DNA from: Patescibacteria group bacterium
GTDB taxonomy: Bacteria; Patescibacteriota; Patescibacteriia; JACQRZ01
Reading direction: 5' to 3'
Assembly: GCA_038065255.1 (NCBI GenBank)
Contig: JBBTRI010000006.1
Location: forward strand, 9,240-73,239
Length of the DNA stretch: 64,000 bases
Shown: positions 62,844 through 64,000 of the stretch, piece after piece
How the letters are laid out: every line of letters starts with the position of its first letter
Numbering within the stretch: position 1 is the first letter of the stretch
The notes under the pieces: model-generated
What the model was told of the DNA's origin: nothing
The model's database searches: none
The model's input: the letters and a program-made list of their open reading frames with translations, nothing else
Program-made: the position numbers and the translations under genes

Positions 62844-64000
62844 ATGGGACGATTACTGTATATAGTGGAGCGTTTTACTTTTCGGCACCCGCTTATCACT
62901 CAATTTTTGAAGCGACGGTTTACGCCCGATGAGGCATTTGGACTGCATCTTACCATAGGTATTGCCATTATTCTCGTGTGTATTGTCGTATTCTATACGA
63001 CACTGGAAACGATCAAATGGCAGGATCCTTTTATACAGTACGATGTTGCGATTATCAATCTCGCGCAAGTATTTCGCGGTGCATCATTCAATGCCAGCAT
63101 GCTCTTTCTTACTGATCTTGGAAGATGGGAGGTAGTTGCAGTTGGTTTGATTCTTGCATTGCTTCTCTTCCTTTTTTTGCGCATGTGGCATGCAATTGTT
63201 GCGCTTATCATCTCTGTTGTTGGAGCTGAATTTTTTATTCTTCTTGGAACATTGCTTGTCAAGCGCCCGCGGCCCTATTTGGTGAATACAACTGCAATTG
63301 AAGTGGGGTTTAGTTTTCCCAGTAGCCACACGCTCTTGGCCGTTTCCTTTTACGGTTTTTTGACATACTTACTGTTTCGGACAACGCAGCGTGTGTGGCT
63401 TCGTGCTACTATTGCAATCCTTGGCGCAGCGATTGTTGGGTGTATAGGATTTTCGCGCATCTATCTCGGCGTTCATTGGCCATCAGATGTTATTGCAAGT
63501 ATAGCATTGGGCAGTGCATGGCTTGCCACACTCATTACAAGCCTCGAAGTGCGCCGCCGACTTAAACGAGGGATGATGATTCGACCAAAGCAATCACCAG
63601 TCCTTATTTTATTGTATGCATGTATTGGTACATTCTTTTTTCTCTTGTATGCATCGTATTTTTTTCGTACACATCCATTGCGCACTGCGTTGGACCCATC
63701 TCTTGATCGCATAGAGCTTGCACAGCATGAAATCATCCCTGCGTTTATGGCACAGTTGCCTCGGTATACCGAAGAAGTGACGGGATCTTCCACGGAACCG
63801 ATTAATGTCGTACTTGTCGGCACTCCCGAAGATATTCATTCGGCATTTCTCGCATCCGGATGGGTGGCATCCGATGAGTTAACCATGAAGAATGCTTTGC
63901 GCTCTGCATATGCAACTGTTTTTCAACGCTCGTATCCCGAAGCCCCCGGCATTACAACATTCTGGAATGGCCGACCCAATGATATCTCGTATGAAAAATT
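62844..64000 (+). CDS. PAP2-superfamily phosphatase (3' end beyond window)
   Basis: KRPRP, PSSHT and SRIYLGVHWPSD acid-phosphatase motifs with 5-6 TM helices; the ORF runs to the window end and is not in the ORF track. Confidence 0.65.
   Translation, partial: MGRLLYIVERFTFRHPLITQFLKRRFTPDEAFGLHLTIGIAIILVCIVVFYTTLETIKWQDPFIQYDVAIINLAQVFRGASFNASMLFLTDLGRWEVVAVGLILALLLFLFLRMWHAIVALIISVVGAEFFILLGTLLVKRPRPYLVNTTAIEVGFSFPSSHTLLAVSFYGFLTYLLFRTTQRVWLRATIAILGAAIVGCIGFSRIYLGVHWPSDVIASIALGSAWLATLITSLEVRRRLKRGMMIRPKQSPVLILLYACIGTFFFLLYASYFFRTHPLRTALDPSLDRIELAQHEIIPAFMAQLPRYTEEVTGSSTEPINVVLVGTPEDIHSAFLASGWVASDELTMKNALRSAYATVFQRSYPEAPGITTFWNGRPNDISYEK

Noticed and set aside
1-64000. tRNA, rRNA or tmRNA genes
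   Set aside because: Intergenic regions were scanned by eye for cloverleaf-compatible sequences and conserved rRNA motifs, and none were convincing. A tRNAscan or Infernal run would be needed to exclude small RNAs.

Overview
A 64 kb window from a low-GC (about 40%) bacterial chromosome, densely packed with mostly plus-strand genes. The many small secreted or membrane hypothetical proteins suggest a reduced genome, but this taxonomic guess is inference only. Recognisable housekeeping genes include a DEAD-box helicase, pgi, an MgtA-like P-type ATPase, ddl, typA/bipA, gpsA, a glycerol-kinase-like FGGY kinase, an RluB-like pseudouridine synthase, a TPP-dependent acetolactate-synthase-like enzyme and a Zn-dependent alcohol dehydrogenase. 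A MacAB-like HlyD adaptor, ABC ATPase and FtsX permease are followed by an ABC-F ATPase. The most unusual region is a GC-rich island (about 48-60% GC) at roughly 37.5-43.5 kb. It is transcribed entirely on the minus strand and encodes, in order, a PP2C phosphatase, a Ser/Thr kinase with a zinc ribbon and large C-terminal domain, an enlarged PncA-like nicotinamidase, a vWA (TerY-like) protein and pncB. This places a TerY-P-like phospho-signalling triad inside a Preiss-Handler NAD salvage operon. Directly upstream lie three direct repeats carrying GTGTA/TACAC palindromes, then an NrtR (Nudix-related NAD regulator) gene, and divergently a NadM-like NMN adenylyltransferase domain fused to a class I SAM methyltransferase. 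NAD/ADP-ribose-related genes are unusually dense overall: four Nudix-family genes including a NudC-like zinc-ribbon Nudix, a HIT-like gene, a macro-domain gene, NrtR, pncA and pncB. No rRNA, tRNA, CRISPR array or transposase/integrase genes were found by eye. ORF-track coordinates are used for CDSs; several starts were adjusted where the track's first codon is a TTG inside a promoter box or where a later ATG with a Shine-Dalgarno sequence or signal peptide fits better.
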